Positions 17,951 through 28,235 of a stretch of DNA of 64,000 nucleotides are shown in pieces. Position numbers and translations under genes: made by a program. The stretch covers positions 2,080,001-2,144,000 of the forward strand of contig OZ251539.1 of NCBI GenBank assembly GCA_965243135.1. The letters run 5' to 3'. Within the stretch, counting starts at the first letter, position 1. The number at the start of each line of letters is the position of its first letter. This DNA is from Alphaproteobacteria bacterium. GTDB lineage: Bacteria; Pseudomonadota; Alphaproteobacteria; MPNO01; UBA830. The notes beneath the pieces were generated by a model. The model saw nothing but the letters and a program-made list of their open reading frames with translations, was not told the DNA's origin and ran no database searches.

Positions 17951-18992
17951 GCCGCCCGCCGAGTCGCCGATCCAGGTCTCCCTCCTGACGGGTTTTCTGG
18001 GCAGCGGAAAGACCACGCTGCTCAACCGCCTTCTGAAGCGCCCGGACATGGCCGAAACCGCCGTCCTCGTCAACGAATTCGGCGAAATCGGACTCGACCA
18101 TCAACTCATCGAGCGCATCGACGAAAACACCGTTCTTCTGAACGCCGGCTGCCTGTGCTGCACGGTGCAGGGCGACCTGGTCGAGGCGCTGTCCAACCTG
18201 TTCGTCAGGCGGATCAAGAAGGAAATTCCGGATTTTCGCCGGGTGCTGATCGAAACCACGGGTCTCGCGGATCCCGCGCCCGTCATCCACACGTTGATGA
18301 CCGCGCCGCTGATCTCAAGCCGCTACGCGCTCGACGGCATCATCGTCACGGTCGACGCGGTCAACGCGGACTTGCAACTCGACCGATACGCCGAATCCGT
18401 CAAGCAGGCCGCGGTCGCCGACCGCATCGTGATCACCAAGGCGGATCTCGAACCCGTTTCGGCAGCTCTCGACGCCCGGCTCGCGGGGATCAATCCGGGA
18501 GCGCCGCGCTACCGCGCCGTCATGGGGGACATCGATCCCGCGCTGCTTTTCGACGCCGGTCTCTACGATCCGGCGACCAAGACCATCGACGTGCAGCGCT
18601 GGCTGCGCGACGAGGCTTACGCGGAGAAAGCGCACCGTCACCATCATCACGACGTCAACCGTCACGACGACTCGATCTCCGCATTCTGCATGAACCGCGA
18701 CGAACCCGTCGACTGGGAAGCGTTCGTCGCCTGGATCCGCATACTGATCGGGCAGCACGGCGAGAAGCTGCTGAGAATCAAGGGCATTCTCAACATCGCC
18801 GGGCGCGACCGGCCGATCGCGATCCACGGCGTGCAGCACATGTTCCACGACCCGGCCGAATTGCCCGAGTGGCCCGACGGGGACCGGCGGTCCCGAATGG
18901 TCTTCATCACGAGAGACCTCGATCGCAGCGTAATCGAGGAAAAGCTCGACCAGTTGCAGGAGCAGGCGCGAACGCTGTCGGAAAAGGGATGA
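17943..18992 (+). CDS. COG0523/CobW-family metal-chaperone GTPase
   Basis: [22 protein letters not shown], His-rich linker, CobW_C domain. Confidence 0.93.
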   Translation: MPEPPAESPIQVSLLTGFLGSGKTTLLNRLLKRPDMAETAVLVNEFGEIGLDHQLIERIDENTVLLNAGCLCCTVQGDLVEALSNLFVRRIKKEIPDFRRVLIETTGLADPAPVIHTLMTAPLISSRYALDGIIVTVDAVNADLQLDRYAESVKQAAVADRIVITKADLEPVSAALDARLAGINPGAPRYRAVMGDIDPALLFDAGLYDPATKTIDVQRWLRDEAYAEKAHRHHHHDVNRHDDSISAFCMNRDEPVDWEAFVAWIRILIGQHGEKLLRIKGILNIAGRDRPIAIHGVQHMFHDPAELPEWPDGDRRSRMVFITRDLDRSVIEEKLDQLQEQARTLSEKG

Positions 18993-19234
18993 CTTCGCCG
19001 GCCCGCGGACCGATTCCTCCGGGAGAGGGCAGTCGTTCTGTCGGAGTCGAAGACGGCGAGGCGAGCCGCTCGTTCGGACGGTCCGGCGGGTCGACGACGT
19101 TCCTTCGAACCGTCCGGCGATCTCGCTGCCCGAATCGAACGGTCTCGGGCGGGCGGCGAAAGGCGGCTCGGCGATTCCGGACGAACCGCTCCGCCGGCAT
19201 CGACAGCCGCCGCTCCCGGTGATATGCAGCGTCC

Positions 19235-19984
19235 ATGGCCCTGAAGATCGTCACGGGCGTCCTCGCGGTGGCTGCGGCGATGCAGGCGGCGCATGCGAAA
19301 CCGGTGATCGTGTTCGCCGCCGCCAGCACCCGGCAGGTGGTCGAGGAAATCGCCGCCGCATGGACGGCTTCTCGCGGCGAGCGCCTCGGCATGGTTTTCG
19401 CGTCAAGCGGCGCCCTCGCCCGCCAGATCGAGCGGGGAGCGCCCGCGAACGTCTTCATCTCGGCCAACGGGGCATGGATCGACTATCTCGTCTCGAAAAA
19501 CGAGGTGAATCCGTCGTTCCGGCGCGCCCTGTTCGGAAATCGGCTGGCCCTCGTCGCCCCCCGGGATGCGAGGGCAGGCAAGCCTGACGGCGACGCCATA
19601 CTGGCCCGGCTTGGATCCCGGGGCCGTCTGGCCATCGCCGATCCCCGCCATGCGCCCGCCGGCATCTACGCAAGGCAGGCGCTCGCGTCGATCGGCATCT
19701 GGAAATCCGTCGCGCCCCGAACGGCCCGGACACGGGACGTTCGCAGCGCGCTCGCCCTCGTCGAGCGCGGCGAAGCCCTTCTCGGCATCGTTTATCGAAC
19801 GGACGCAAGCGCAAGCGGCGCGGCGAGGATCCTGACCGTTTTCGACGCCGGCCTGCACGACCCCATCGTCTACCACGCCGCCCCCATCACCCGCGAAAAC
19901 CGATCCGTCCCGCGCCTGTTGGACTTCCTCTCCTCCCCGTCGGCGAAGGAAATCTATCTGCGCCACGGGTTCGTCGTCGACTGA
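19235..19984 (+). CDS. modA: Molybdate ABC transporter substrate-binding protein
   Basis: VFAAAS, ASSGALARQIERGAPA, PAGIYA. Confidence 0.92.
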   Translation: MALKIVTGVLAVAAAMQAAHAKPVIVFAAASTRQVVEEIAAAWTASRGERLGMVFASSGALARQIERGAPANVFISANGAWIDYLVSKNEVNPSFRRALFGNRLALVAPRDARAGKPDGDAILARLGSRGRLAIADPRHAPAGIYARQALASIGIWKSVAPRTARTRDVRSALALVERGEALLGIVYRTDASASGAARILTVFDAGLHDPIVYHAAPITRENRSVPRLLDFLSSPSAKEIYLRHGFVVD

Positions 19985-19987
19985 GCG

Positions 19988-20677
19988 ATGCTGTCTCCGG
20001 CCGAGATCGAAGCGGTGATCCTCAGCCTCCGCGTCTCCGCATGGGCGGTGGGCGTCAGCCTGCCCTTCGGGATCGCCGTCGCCTGGCTGCTCGCCCGTTG
20101 CGAGTTTCCGGGCAAGACGTTGCTCGACGCGCTCATCCATCTGCCGCTCGTCCTGCCTCCGGTCGTCGTCGGATACTTCCTTCTCGTTTTGCTGGGCCGC
20201 AGGGGCGCGGTCGGCGCCTGGCTGCACGACGCGTTCGGCCTGACGTTCGCGTTCTCGTGGCGCGGCGCCGCCGTCGCCGCCGCGGTGATGTCGTTTCCCC
20301 TGATGGTTCGGGCGATCCGGCTGTCCATCGAAGCGGTGGACCGGCGGCTCGAACAGGCCGCGCGCACGCTGGGCGCCAACGCGTTCGACGCGTTTTTCAA
20401 CGTCACCCTCCCGCTCTCCGGAAGCGGCGTCGTCGCCGGAGTGATTCTCGCCTTCGCGCGGTCGCTCGGCGAATTCGGCGCGACCATCACCTTCGTCGCG
20501 GCGATTCCCGGAGAAACGACGACGCTTCCGATATCGCTCTACGGCCTCGCGCAGGTTCCCGGCGAAGAAGCGTCGGCGATGCGGCTGGTCGCCCTTTCGA
20601 TCGCTGTCGCGCTCGCCGCCATGCTGGCCGCCGAAATCGCCGCCCGGCGCGTCCGCCGCCGAATAATCGGCCCGTGA
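19988..20677 (+). CDS. modB: Molybdate ABC transporter permease
   Basis: HLPLVLPPVVVGY, FARSLGEFGATI. Confidence 0.95.
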   Translation: MLSPAEIEAVILSLRVSAWAVGVSLPFGIAVAWLLARCEFPGKTLLDALIHLPLVLPPVVVGYFLLVLLGRRGAVGAWLHDAFGLTFAFSWRGAAVAAAVMSFPLMVRAIRLSIEAVDRRLEQAARTLGANAFDAFFNVTLPLSGSGVVAGVILAFARSLGEFGATITFVAAIPGETTTLPISLYGLAQVPGEEASAMRLVALSIAVALAAMLAAEIAARRVRRRIIGP

Positions 20678-21759
20678 CCGTCGAGGTCGACGTCAGGAAG
20701 ACGCTCGGCGACTTCGCGGTCGACGCGCGGTTCCGGGCCGGCTCCGGCGTAACGGCGCTGTTCGGAAAATCGGGCGCCGGAAAGACCAGCGTCGTGCAGA
20801 TGGTCGCAGGCCTGCTCGCGCCCGACGCCGGCAGGATTTCGGTCGCCGACGAGGTTCTTTTCGACGCCGCGCGGGGGATCGACGTCGCTCCCGAACGCCG
20901 CCGCGTCGGATGCGTGTTCCAGGACGCGAGGCTGTTTCCGCACATGACGGTGCGCCGCAACCTCGAGTTCGGCGCCCGGCGGTCGAAGCGCCTCGGCATC
21001 TTCGGAATCGACGCGGTCGCGGACGTCCTCGGCATCGAACGCCTTCTCGAAAGGCGCACGCACGGCCTCTCCGGCGGCGAACGCCAGCGGGTCGCGATCG
21101 GACGGGCGCTGCTCTCCGCGCCGCGCCTTCTCCTGATGGACGAGCCCCTCGCCTCGCTGGACGCCGAAAGAAAGCACGAGATCATTCCTTTCATCGACCG
21201 CGTTCGCCGCCGCTTCGCCGTGCCGATCGTCTACGTCAGCCACGCCGTGGAGGAAATCCTGCGACTCGCGGACGAAATGGTGCTTCTGGAAGGCGGCTCC
21301 GTGGCGGCCTCCGGCCCGGTCGAGGACGTGTTGAACCGCCCTCGCCTGGCCCGCATCGTCGGCGACGGCGACGCAGGCACGGTGATCCCCGTCGCGGTGT
21401 CCGATCCCGACGACGGCTACGGCATAGCGACGCTCTCCTTCGCGGGCGGCGCTTTCCGGATCGTTTCGTCCGACCTAGGCGGCGGCGAACGCCTGCGGAT
21501 TCGCGTGCGCGCCCGCGACGTGAGTCTCGCGCTCGTCCGTCCGCGAAGCGTGAGCGTCCTGAACGTCTTCGAGGGCCGCGTCGCCGAAATCGCGGGCGCG
21601 GACCGTCCGCAGGTGGACGTGTCGGTGCGGGTGGGCGGCATTCTTCTGTGGTCGCGGCTGACCAGGCGGTCGCTTCACGACCTGTCGCTCGCCCCGGGAA
21701 CGAAGGTCTACGCCATGGTCAAGGCGGTGGCGATCGACCGCCCGGCTTCGAGCGCCTGA
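20674..21759 (+). CDS. modC: Molybdate ABC transporter ATPase
   Basis: GTG start overlapping modB stop; GKSGAGKT, LSGGERQ, C-terminal TOBE domain. Confidence 0.93.
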   Translation: MTVEVDVRKTLGDFAVDARFRAGSGVTALFGKSGAGKTSVVQMVAGLLAPDAGRISVADEVLFDAARGIDVAPERRRVGCVFQDARLFPHMTVRRNLEFGARRSKRLGIFGIDAVADVLGIERLLERRTHGLSGGERQRVAIGRALLSAPRLLLMDEPLASLDAERKHEIIPFIDRVRRRFAVPIVYVSHAVEEILRLADEMVLLEGGSVAASGPVEDVLNRPRLARIVGDGDAGTVIPVAVSDPDDGYGIATLSFAGGAFRIVSSDLGGGERLRIRVRARDVSLALVRPRSVSVLNVFEGRVAEIAGADRPQVDVSVRVGGILLWSRLTRRSLHDLSLAPGTKVYAMVKAVAIDRPASSA

Positions 21760-21765
21760 GCGGCG

Positions 21766-22737
21766 TCACGCGGCCGCCGGAAAACGGTCGCGGTCGTGCG
21801 CCGCCGCCAGGTCGATCTCGGGCCCGACCGGCACGATTCCCGTCGGATTCACGTTGCGTTGTCCGCCATAATAGCCCTTCTTGATTCCTTCGACATCGAC
21901 GATCTCGGCGATGCCGGGCGTCTGGTAAAGGTCCAGCGCGTAATTCCATAGATTGGGATAGTCCTGGATTCGGCGGATATTGCACTTGAAATGGCTGAAG
22001 TAGACGAAATCGAAACGGATCAGGGTCACGAACAGCCGCCAGTCGGCTTCGGTCGGACGATCCGCGACGAGATACCGGCGCCCGGCGAGGCGCCGTTCGA
22101 GAAAATCCAGGGTCTCGAACAGCGGATAGACGGCTTCCTCGTAGGCTTCCTGGGTTTTCGAGAACCCGCACCTATACACGCCGTTGTTGAGAGTTCGATA
22201 GATTCGTTCGTTGAGCGCGTCGATCTCGGCGCGGTGCGCCGCCGGGTACAGGTCGAGCGACGGGTCGCCCCATTCGTCGAACTCCGCGTTCAACATTCTG
22301 AGGATTTCCGACGATTCGTTGTTCACGATCGTCCGGTTCCGGCGGTCCCACAGCGTCGGCACCGTCACCCGGCCGGTATAGCCGGGGTCCGCGGCGACAT
22401 AGACTTCATGGAGTTCGAGAAGTCCGTCCGCGCCGGGCCGGAGGTCGTCGATCCCCTGCGAGTACACCCAGCTGCGCCTGCGAGGCCTGTCGGAGAGCGT
22501 GATCGAAATCGCGTTTTCCAGCCCCTTGAGCCGTCGCGCGATCTGGGTGCGGTGCGCCCACGGGCAGGACGGCGCGAGAAACAGGTGGTAGCGGCCGGGT
22601 TCCGCTTTGAAGCCCGAGGAGCCGTCGGCGGTAACGAATTCGCGGAAGGACGACTCGGTACGCACGAACGCGCCCCCTTCGGGGTTGCGATATTTCGCGT
22701 CGTCTTCGATCCATTTGCCGTCGATCAACATGCCCAT
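21766..22737 (-). CDS. yqjG: Glutathionyl-hydroquinone reductase (GST Xi/omega-like)
   Basis: CPWAHR, VTVPTLWD, IVNNES, NNGVYRCGF, YFSHFKCN. Confidence 0.9.
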   Translation of the reverse strand: MGMLIDGKWIEDDAKYRNPEGGAFVRTESSFREFVTADGSSGFKAEPGRYHLFLAPSCPWAHRTQIARRLKGLENAISITLSDRPRRRSWVYSQGIDDLRPGADGLLELHEVYVAADPGYTGRVTVPTLWDRRNRTIVNNESSEILRMLNAEFDEWGDPSLDLYPAAHRAEIDALNERIYRTLNNGVYRCGFSKTQEAYEEAVYPLFETLDFLERRLAGRRYLVADRPTEADWRLFVTLIRFDFVYFSHFKCNIRRIQDYPNLWNYALDLYQTPGIAEIVDVEGIKKGYYGGQRNVNPTGIVPVGPEIDLAAAHDRDRFPAAA

Positions 22738-22961
22738 GCCAGCGCGCTCCTTATGCGTTCGGCCCGATATTACGGCGTCGCCGCGATCGGGCCAAGCCGC
22801 CGACGGCGCGAGGCGTGCGCGAACGCCGGCGGACGGAAAACGGCGAGCGGGACGGAGCTTTGCGGCGCCGTCGCGCGACCGCCCGGTTCAGGCGATTGAA
22901 CGAGGCTGCGGGTGCTTCCGGGCCGATGGCGCGACGGCCTGTTTGGGTGCCGTTCCGCCGT

Positions 22962-23185
22962 TGCGTAAGCAACCCCGAGCTAAAGCCACAAAAGACCGTT
23001 CCGCGAATCGACAATTTGTTTTGCGGCGGCGCTCGCCGAGTTCAAGAGCGCGACGCCGAAGGCTACCTCGCCTTGTCTTTCGCCGCGGCGCCCGAACGCG
23101 GAACGGTGATGTCGGCGCGCGACAGCGGCGCGAGGCCGACACCCAACATGCTACGGGGCGAGCAGGCGCGGATCACGAGAGTTTG
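22962..23185 (+). repeat. Structured dispersed repeat, copy B
   Basis: Internal perfect stem ACCGTTCCGCG (22995-23005) / CGCGGAACGGT (23097-23107); colinear with copies A and C. Confidence 0.8.
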
Positions 23186-23320
23186 CTCAGTTTCCCGGAA
23201 ATTTGCGCCATCCCGTGGAGATGCGCCGCCAGCCAGCCCGCCTCCCGGCCCAGCACCGGGCAGAATCGACGCCAAAAACGTCGCGAACGCCGCACCAAGC
23301 AGCCGCGCAATGGGCGCGCG

Positions 23321-24469
23321 TCATTTCGCCGATACGCGACATGAGTTATCCGCCGGAGCGGCGTAGCGCCGCCCTTTGGCGGACGCGACATCCTTTTCCC
23401 AAGCTTCGCGGCATCGAGGATCGTACAGGGCAACGTTTATTCCGGCGTTCTCCGAAAAGGCCGGCTGCCGGTCCTTCCAGGCCCATGCGCCGTCCCATTT
23501 CGCGTCGCCGAGCTCCCGCGCTCTGGCGAAATCCGCGCCGCTCAGGTTGGCGCGGGAAAAATCGGTCTCCCAAACGATGGCGCGAACGAACCGGGCGCCG
23601 GACAGGTCGGCGCCGACGAAACTCGCCCTCTCGAGGTCACCGTAGGTCAGATCGGCCTTGGCGAGACGTGCGGCGACGAAACGCGCGCCGCGAAAAATTC
23701 CGGTCGACAGATCGGCCTCGGTCAGATCGGCGCCGACAAAGGAGGCTTTCGACGCATCGGCTCGCCGGAGTTTGGCGTGCTTCATGGACGATCCGTCGAG
23801 CCTTGCGGAACGCATTGTGGCATCGATGAGGAACGCGCCATCGGCATCCGCGCCGACCAGAATCGCGTGCGACAGGTTGCTGTCGTTGAACCGTGCGCCC
23901 TTCAGCAAGGCGTTGCTCATGTCCGCCTTCTCGAACTGCGCGCCGCGTGCGCGCACGCGGGTGAGATCGGCATCCTTCAGGATCGCGTCGGTAAAATCCG
24001 TCCTGTCGAACCAAGCTTTTCGCAGGCTCGCTCCGCTCAGGTTAACCTCCCGCGCAACGGCCATAACGTCGTCGCCGGTTCGGGCCTCCACTTCGTCCGC
24101 GGCAAACGCGGTCGAAGTCGGACGCAGGTCGACCCAACGGAGATCCTCGCCTCTGGAATACAGATACTCCAGCGCTCCCGCGACGCCGGAATTTCCCGGA
24201 ACGTGGCTCGACACCCGGCCCCACGAATAATGCAGCCCCTGGTTCGAGTGGATGGACCACGACACGGCCAGCGAGATGCCGGCGATTACCAGCGAGGCGG
24301 CGGACACGATGATCGGCGCTCCGATGCCGAGGCGACCGGCGACCTTTCCCGACGGCGCAATAAGGAAGGTCCAGAACCTCATCCAGCCCCGTTTCACCCG
24401 AGCACCGCCATTATCACCGTCGTTCCGCATGCTTGGTAAGATCTGCGTTTCCCGCAGCATGTCAATCAA
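23321..24469 (-). CDS. Membrane-anchored pentapeptide-repeat protein
   Basis: One TM segment followed by about 30 A(D/N)LXX-type pentapeptide repeats; start uncertain (TTG 24469 or ATG 24460). Confidence 0.85.
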   Translation of the reverse strand: MIDMLRETQILPSMRNDGDNGGARVKRGWMRFWTFLIAPSGKVAGRLGIGAPIIVSAASLVIAGISLAVSWSIHSNQGLHYSWGRVSSHVPGNSGVAGALEYLYSRGEDLRWVDLRPTSTAFAADEVEARTGDDVMAVAREVNLSGASLRKAWFDRTDFTDAILKDADLTRVRARGAQFEKADMSNALLKGARFNDSNLSHAILVGADADGAFLIDATMRSARLDGSSMKHAKLRRADASKASFVGADLTEADLSTGIFRGARFVAARLAKADLTYGDLERASFVGADLSGARFVRAIVWETDFSRANLSGADFARARELGDAKWDGAWAWKDRQPAFSENAGINVALYDPRCREAWEKDVASAKGRRYAAPADNSCRVSAK

Positions 24470-24690
24470 ACTCTCATGACCTGCTCACCCCGATAACTTC
24501 GGGTATGGCTCTTCCGGCCTCGCGCCACTCGCCGACATAACCGTTCCGCGTTCGGGCGGCGCGGCGCGAAGACTGGGCGACGCGGGGCAGCCTTCGGCGT
24601 CACGCTCCCGAATTCTCGAACGGCGAGCGCCGCCGCGAAAAAATCTCGCGGAACGGTTTTGTGTGCCGGCGGCTCGTGGTTAGTTACACA
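24467..24690 (-). repeat. Structured dispersed repeat, copy C (inverted relative to B)
   Basis: Stem AACCGTTCCGCG (24539-24550) / CGCGGAACGGTT (24647-24658); reverse complement aligns with B including the tail GGGG(C/T)GAGCAGG..TCA(C/T)GAGAGTTTG. Confidence 0.8.
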
Positions 24691-24781
24691 AAGAATGGCG
24701 TGCGCAAACGCTTCCTGCATGGACAGAACGGGGCGGCTGCGCCATCATCGGTTGGCTACCCTATGCCGAAAAGGACGGTCG

Positions 24782-25939
24782 ATGGAATACGAGCTCCCCG
24801 AAGAACTGCGCATGCTCAAGGAAACGCTGCGGCGTTTCATCGACAACGAGGTCATTCCGATCGAGCGCGAGGCCTACGACGGCCCCGAAATGCTGCCCGA
24901 AGTCCGCGAAAAGCTGGAGCGCCGCGCCCAGGAGCTCGGCATCTGGGGCGTGGACGTGCCCGAGAGCCTGGGCGGACTCGGCATGGGATTGCTCGCCCGG
25001 GCCGTCATCTGGGAGGAAACCGGTCGCACGATCGCCTTCCCTCGCCGCAAGAAGTGGATATTCGGTCCGGACGTCAGTCCGCTCCTCGCGGAATACGCCA
25101 ACGAAGAGCAGACGGAACGGTACCTGAAGCCCTGCATCTCCGGGGACAAAAAGCCCGGCTTCGCGCAGACCGAACCCGATGCCGGCGGCGACCCGTCGGG
25201 CATGAAGACGACGGCCGTCCGCGACGGCGACCATTACGTCATCAATGGAACCAAGCGGTTCATTACCGGCGCCGACACCGCCGACTTCTTCCAGGTCATC
25301 TGCGTCACCGATCCCGAAAAAGGGGTTCGCGGCGGCATTTCCTGCATATTGGTCGATGCGGACGCGCCGGGCGTGAAGATACTCCGGAAGCAGCGGACCA
25401 TGATGGACGACCAGCCCTGCGAAATGGCGTTCGACGACGTGCGCGTGCCGGCCGGCAACCTCGTCGGCAAGGAGGGCGACGGGTTCCGCATGGCGCAGAC
25501 CTGGATCACCATGGGGCGCATCCGCCACGGCGCCATCGGCGTCGGCACGATGGAGCGCTGCCTGGAACTCGGCGCGTCCTACGCAAAGGACAGGGTCACC
25601 TTCGGCAAGCCGCTCGCCGAGCGGCAAGCGGTCCAGTGGATGTTGGTCGACACGTTCGCCGACATCCACATGGTGCGGCTAATGATCTACGCGGCCGCCG
25701 CGAGGCACGACGCCGGAGAGGACATTCGCTGGGACTCGTACATGTGCAAGTACATCGGCGACCGCAAGGCGTTCGAGGCAACCGACCGCTGCTTGCAGAT
25801 CCACGGCGGCCTCGGGCTGACCACCGATCTTCCGATCGAAAAGCTGTGGCGGGACGCGCGCTCGTTCATGATCACCGAAGGGCCGGAAGAAATCCTGAAA
25901 CACGCCCTTCAGCGCCACGTGCTGAACCTTTACGGCTGA
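24782..25939 (+). CDS. Acyl-CoA dehydrogenase
   Basis: FAQTEPDAGGD, INGTKRFIT, RVTFGKPL, QIHGGLG, ITEGPEEI. Confidence 0.93.
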   Translation: MEYELPEELRMLKETLRRFIDNEVIPIEREAYDGPEMLPEVREKLERRAQELGIWGVDVPESLGGLGMGLLARAVIWEETGRTIAFPRRKKWIFGPDVSPLLAEYANEEQTERYLKPCISGDKKPGFAQTEPDAGGDPSGMKTTAVRDGDHYVINGTKRFITGADTADFFQVICVTDPEKGVRGGISCILVDADAPGVKILRKQRTMMDDQPCEMAFDDVRVPAGNLVGKEGDGFRMAQTWITMGRIRHGAIGVGTMERCLELGASYAKDRVTFGKPLAERQAVQWMLVDTFADIHMVRLMIYAAAARHDAGEDIRWDSYMCKYIGDRKAFEATDRCLQIHGGLGLTTDLPIEKLWRDARSFMITEGPEEILKHALQRHVLNLYG

Positions 25940-25963
25940 CGGGCGCGGCAGGCGGGCGCCGGA

Positions 25964-27184
25964 CTACTTGCCTTCCGGCCGTTCGAGACCGAACAGCTTG
26001 AGCGCGTTCTCGCCGAGAACGTTCTTCTTCGCCTGCTCGTCCAGCATCGGAAGATTCCAGATCACGCTCGGCGCGTCGAAATCCCAGTGCGGCCAGTCGG
26101 ACGAATACAGCAACCGATCCTTCGCGTTGATCATCTTGAGCGTGACGGCGAGCGCTTCCGGATGATCGGTCTCCATCGGCTGGCAGGTGAAATACATCTC
26201 GCGCATGTATTCGCTCGGCAGGCGGCGCAGCAGCGGCGCTTCCGAAGAGCGCATCAGGTAAGTGTGATCCAGGCGCTGCATCAGCCACGGCACCCAGGCG
26301 AGGCCGGATTCGATCCAGATGACGTCGAGTTTCGGGAACCGTTCCGGCAGGCCGTTCATGATCCAGTTGCTCATGTGGACCACGCTGCACCAGACGAACG
26401 ACAACGCATGCATCGTGCCGAAGCGGTTGATCTGCATCATGGACGGATCCTGCCAGTTGTAGCCGGCGTGGAATCCCAGCGGCTTGCCCGACGATTCGAT
26501 GGCCCGGTACAGCTTCATGTAGTCGTTATGGTGAACGGGTTTGTGCCGCACCGACGTCACCATGAAACCGACCACCCCGGGATGGTCCCCGAGTTCCTCG
26601 ACGGTCTTGAGGGCGGCGTTCGGATCGCTAAACGGTAGGTAGAGAAGCGTCTTCATTCGAGGATCGGTCGGGAGAATGTTCTCGCAGAACCACCGGTCGT
26701 AGGCGCGTCCGAGCAATGCCTCCATGTCGAACTGCGGGTGCATTCCCAAGTTCAGCATCGGCGTCGGAAAGACCACCATGTAGTCGAGGTGGAACGATTC
26801 GATCGCGCGGCGAATGAGCGTGACGTCGCGATGAACCGAAGCGTCGGCAACTTGTTCGCCGAGTTTCGACTGATGGGGAATGCGGCTGCCGCAGTCCTGG
26901 TACCTGAGCGCGTGGTCGCCGTTCAGGCCGTAAGGCGGCGACCCCGTCCTGTTCTTCAGGTGGTCGAGCGCCTGCGCGCGCTGAACCTCGTCCTCGATGT
27001 ATTCGCAGATATCCCTCCACGATTCGACTTCCATGTGGTGCGCGTCGGTGTCCACAATAACGATTTCGTCGAATCTGAAGGCGTCTCCCTGCGCCTTGCA
27101 ATGGGCGAGAATGTCTCTCGTATCGGTCGCGGTGGTGATCTCCCTGATCGGAAGTTCGCGAAGACGTTCGACGCCTGTATCCAT
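25964..27184 (-). CDS. Amidohydrolase_2 family metal-dependent hydrolase/decarboxylase
   Basis: DTDAHH, FHAG, WIESG, YSSDWPHWDFD. Confidence 0.9.
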   Translation of the reverse strand: MDTGVERLRELPIREITTATDTRDILAHCKAQGDAFRFDEIVIVDTDAHHMEVESWRDICEYIEDEVQRAQALDHLKNRTGSPPYGLNGDHALRYQDCGSRIPHQSKLGEQVADASVHRDVTLIRRAIESFHLDYMVVFPTPMLNLGMHPQFDMEALLGRAYDRWFCENILPTDPRMKTLLYLPFSDPNAALKTVEELGDHPGVVGFMVTSVRHKPVHHNDYMKLYRAIESSGKPLGFHAGYNWQDPSMMQINRFGTMHALSFVWCSVVHMSNWIMNGLPERFPKLDVIWIESGLAWVPWLMQRLDHTYLMRSSEAPLLRRLPSEYMREMYFTCQPMETDHPEALAVTLKMINAKDRLLYSSDWPHWDFDAPSVIWNLPMLDEQAKKNVLGENALKLFGLERPEGK

Positions 27185-27324
27185 TGTTTCCTCCTACCGC
27201 CGGAATCGCGGCGCAATGGTAGGATGAAATGCGGCGCTTCGCCACAACCGTCGCGAAAGCGTCCTGCCACGCCCGTCCGATTCCGTGTCAGGATGCCTCG
27301 GCGCGGAAAAAACGGAGGATTCGA

Positions 27325-28230
27325 ATGCGGCCTTTCATGATCGGAGATATCCTGATTTCGAGTTTCGTCGAGCGCGACGGACCGTGGCGCAAGCCGACGG
27401 CGATGTTTCCCACCGCCGACATGGACGTCGCGCTCGCCCATCTCCGGGAAATGCCGCCGCTGGTCTACGACGAGAACCGGAACCTGCTCGTAATCACTTA
27501 CCAGACCTTCGTCGTGCGAACGGCCAGGCACACGATCCTGATCGACACTTGCGTCGGCGAGAACAAACCGGGACGCGGCTCCGCGCTGGACTATCCCAAG
27601 CAGTCCTGGCTGAACGGCTTCGCGGCCCACGGTCTGCGGTTCGAGGACGTGGACTACGTCTTCTGCACGCATCTGCATGTCGATCATTGCGGATGGAACA
27701 CGCGGCTCGTCGACGGAAAATGGAAACCGACCTTTCCCAACGCCACTTACGTATTCGGCGGGAAGGAGTACGAGGCCTGGGAAGCGGACGCCTTATCCGG
27801 CGGGCGCTCGACGATCTGGGAGGACAGTTGCCTGCCCGTCGTGGAGGCGGGACAGGCGCGGCTGGTGGATGCGGATTTCGAGCTTGAAGACGGCATCTGG
27901 CTTACGCCCGCGTTCGGCCACTCGCCGGGCCAGGTCTGCGTCAATTTCAGGTCGCAGGGCCGGCGCGCGATCTTCACCGGCGACATGATGCACCACCCGC
28001 TTCAATGCCGGGAACCGGACTGGAGCACTTGCTTTTGCACCGACCCGAAGGAAGCCGCCGCGAGCCGGAAACGGATTCTCGCCGAGGTCGCGGACAGCGG
28101 CACCGTGGTCGTACCGGCGCATTTTCCGGGGCAGACGGCCGGCTGGGTGCGCGCCGACGGCGACGTCTGGCGCTGGCGCTTCATGAGCTTCGAGGAGCGC
28201 GTCTGGACCACCGAGGGCTTCGCCGCCTGA
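27325..28230 (+). CDS. MBL-fold metallo-hydrolase
   Basis: THLHVDHCGWN, GHSPG, FTGDMMH, PAHF. Confidence 0.9.
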   Translation: MRPFMIGDILISSFVERDGPWRKPTAMFPTADMDVALAHLREMPPLVYDENRNLLVITYQTFVVRTARHTILIDTCVGENKPGRGSALDYPKQSWLNGFAAHGLRFEDVDYVFCTHLHVDHCGWNTRLVDGKWKPTFPNATYVFGGKEYEAWEADALSGGRSTIWEDSCLPVVEAGQARLVDADFELEDGIWLTPAFGHSPGQVCVNFRSQGRRAIFTGDMMHHPLQCREPDWSTCFCTDPKEAAASRKRILAEVADSGTVVVPAHFPGQTAGWVRADGDVWRWRFMSFEERVWTTEGFAA

Positions 28231-28235
28231 CGGAA

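Noticed and set aside
18993-19234. Expected ModE box or Moco riboswitch upstream of modA
   Set aside because: No recognisable TATAT-N7-TAYAT or riboswitch consensus was seen.
22815-23366. ORFs over the structured repeats with similar peptides (CV.N.E...VPR) in all three copies
   Set aside because: Frames diverge through indels between copies while base-paired stems are kept, so a non-coding element is the better explanation.
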